Shown here piece after piece: positions 62,782 to 64,000 of a DNA stretch of 64,000 bases (its first letter is position 1; each line of letters begins with the position of its first letter). The translations under genes and the position numbers were made by a program. The notes beneath the pieces are model-generated. The model did not search any database. It had not been told where the DNA came from and was given only the letters and a program-made list of their open reading frames with translations. Source of the stretch: Chloroflexota bacterium (GTDB lineage: Bacteria > Chloroflexota > Dehalococcoidia > Lucifugimonadales > Lucifugimonadaceae); contig VXSB01000008.1 in NCBI GenBank assembly GCA_009838175.1, positions 32,305 to 96,304 of the forward strand, given 5' to 3'.

Positions 62782-64000
62782 ATGACCCTGAACGTAGCCG
62801 TGATGCCGAAGAACACGGCTCGGCATTTAGCGCGGTACCGTGACGACTGGCACCACTTGGCTGAGCATCAAGAGGGCTACATGAGCGGTGCCGATGCGCA
62901 CCACGAATTACGACGTGCTGCTTGGGAAGAGTTTGAGCGCATCGGTTTCCCGGTCCATCGCCGAGGCAACGAACTATGGAAGTACACCGATCTGAGGCAG
63001 GTTGACCGGATTGATTTCCGATTCGGGGATTGGGATAGGCATGTGGACCTTGCGCGGATCGCGGAACTCGTTCCCATGCCGGAAGAGTGGTCCAATCTCG
63101 TATTCGTAAATGGGAGCCTCGAACACAGTTCAGGTGATGCGCCTTTGACTCGGATCCAAGCGTGCGATTGGGTGGGTGAGTTGGCGGATTACCGATCCAA
63201 TGGGTTCGTTGCGTTAGCCACGGCGTTCTTACGGATCCGCGGCGGTTCTTATCTACAATTCGACCGTCCTCGGGAGTATGTTCGCCCGGTTCACATCATC
63301 CACGTGATAGACGGTTCCGTGGGCGGGCCAATCGTAGACAATCCGCGCGTAGCTGTTGAAATGGGCGACGGTAGCCGTGCGACATTGATCGAATCTCACG
63401 TCTCGCTAACGGACGATGTCCACATGACGTTGCCTGTCGTCGAGATAAAAATGGGCGAAGGTGCGGAGCTGTCTCACTATCGTTATCAGGACAACAGCGA
63501 AAAGTCGTTCCATTTCGCCACAACTCGCGTGTTGCAGGAAGCGAACTCCAACTACCGCTCGACCTCGTTCAGCGTTGGTTCGGACATTGGTCGCAACGAT
63601 GTTTTTACGCACTTGGTCGGTGAATATGCTGAGTCGACGCTGCATGGCGTGTATCTGACTACCAATCGGCAACACCAAGACAACGAGATCAGCACGACTC
63701 ATGCCGCTCCGCATTGCACGAGCGACCAGTATTACAAGGGAGTTCTTTCGGGACGGTCTCGAGCGGTGTTCAGTGGCAAGATCACGGTCGAGCGCGGTGC
63801 TCAGAAGACGGATGCGAACCAGAAGGACTTGAACCTGTTGCTCTCACACGGCGCGGAGGTCGACACTAAACCGTCTTTGGAAATCTATGCGGATGATGTG
63901 AAATGTGCGCATGGCGCGACCGCGGGTCATGTCGATGAGGACACGTTGTTCTATCTCCAATCGCGTGGTGTTGACTACCACACGGCGCAGGCGATGCTAA
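62782..64000 (+). CDS. sufD: Fe-S cluster assembly protein SufD, C-terminus beyond the window end
   Basis: My own translation from the ATG at 62782 gives MTLNVAVMPKNTARH...WKYTDL...GKITVERGAQKTDANQKDLNLLLS...DTKPSLEIYADDVKCAHGATAGHVDEDTLFYLQSRGV. The frame is open to base 64000. It is absent from the ORF track because no stop falls in the window. Confidence 0.85.
   Translation, partial: MTLNVAVMPKNTARHLARYRDDWHHLAEHQEGYMSGADAHHELRRAAWEEFERIGFPVHRRGNELWKYTDLRQVDRIDFRFGDWDRHVDLARIAELVPMPEEWSNLVFVNGSLEHSSGDAPLTRIQACDWVGELADYRSNGFVALATAFLRIRGGSYLQFDRPREYVRPVHIIHVIDGSVGGPIVDNPRVAVEMGDGSRATLIESHVSLTDDVHMTLPVVEIKMGEGAELSHYRYQDNSEKSFHFATTRVLQEANSNYRSTSFSVGSDIGRNDVFTHLVGEYAESTLHGVYLTTNRQHQDNEISTTHAAPHCTSDQYYKGVLSGRSRAVFSGKITVERGAQKTDANQKDLNLLLSHGAEVDTKPSLEIYADDVKCAHGATAGHVDEDTLFYLQSRGVDYHTAQAML

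Noticed and set aside
1-64000. Search by eye for CRISPR arrays, tandem repeats, transposases, integrases, phage genes or toxin-antitoxin/defence islands.
   Set aside because: I noticed no regularly spaced direct repeats, no IS-like terminal inverted repeats, and no ORFs with recombinase, transposase or defence-system motifs. The window looks like core chromosome. A by-eye repeat scan of 64 kb is not exhaustive.

Overview
The window is a gene-dense chromosomal segment, almost entirely housekeeping, energy and cofactor metabolism. I call about 66 protein genes (two run off the window ends) and one tRNA-Pro. I saw no rRNA, transposase, integrase, phage genes or CRISPR array. The gene content is Ni-SOD with its SodX protease, alternative complex III, a three-gene HpnCDE squalene route, siroheme decarboxylase, FabL, and many enolase/TPP/SDR-type enzymes. 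This suggests a marine aerobic heterotroph, possibly Chloroflexota/SAR202-like, but that taxonomic guess is low confidence.

Main blocks, in order:
- 1-6.1 kb: enolase-superfamily gene, EndoQ-like nuclease, tRNA-Pro, and a fatty-acid/phospholipid cluster (fabL, fabG, plsX, HadAB-like hotdog pair).
- 6.1-19.9 kb: one long minus-strand gene string. It runs from a complete alternative complex III (actA, B1, B2, F-like, C, D, E) through System-I cytochrome c maturation genes (ccmH, ccmF, two unknown membrane proteins, a TlpA/CcmG-like thioredoxin) to cysC.
- 20.6-26.5 kb: E1 alpha/beta dehydrogenase, DUF971, Gfo/Idh/MocA oxidoreductase, extended RadC/JAB protein, a 43-aa hydrophobic peptide, and a methyltransferase.
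- 26.6-31.3 kb: a tight operon pxpA-pxpB-pxpC-oadG-like-BCCP-oadB-like. This is my top candidate for an undescribed system: a Na+-pump decarboxylase module with no canonical carboxyltransferase, joined to KipI/KipA-type proteins.
- 31.4-39.0 kb: DapA-family aldolase, TauE-like permease, and methylcitrate genes prpBCD coupled to a TPP enzyme and a cupin.
- 39.0-40.1 kb: divergent sodN/sodX.
- 40.1-46.6 kb: a minus-strand tetrapyrrole operon (ahbA/B fusion, sirC, hemC, cobA-hemD, hemB) translationally coupled to an aquaglyceroporin and arsC.
- 46.7-51.0 kb: polyprenyl synthase plus hpnC, hpnD, hpnE.
- 51.1-54.1 kb: divergent hsp20 and a Clp AAA+ ATPase, separated by a HAIR-like (HspR-type) inverted repeat that overlaps a near-consensus promoter.
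- 54.2-64.0 kb: a VTT/YqaA membrane protein, ispDF, cysS, secG, gatB, pcm and sufBCD.

All calls rest on motif recognition in the translated ORFs and on reading the DNA by eye. No database search was possible.
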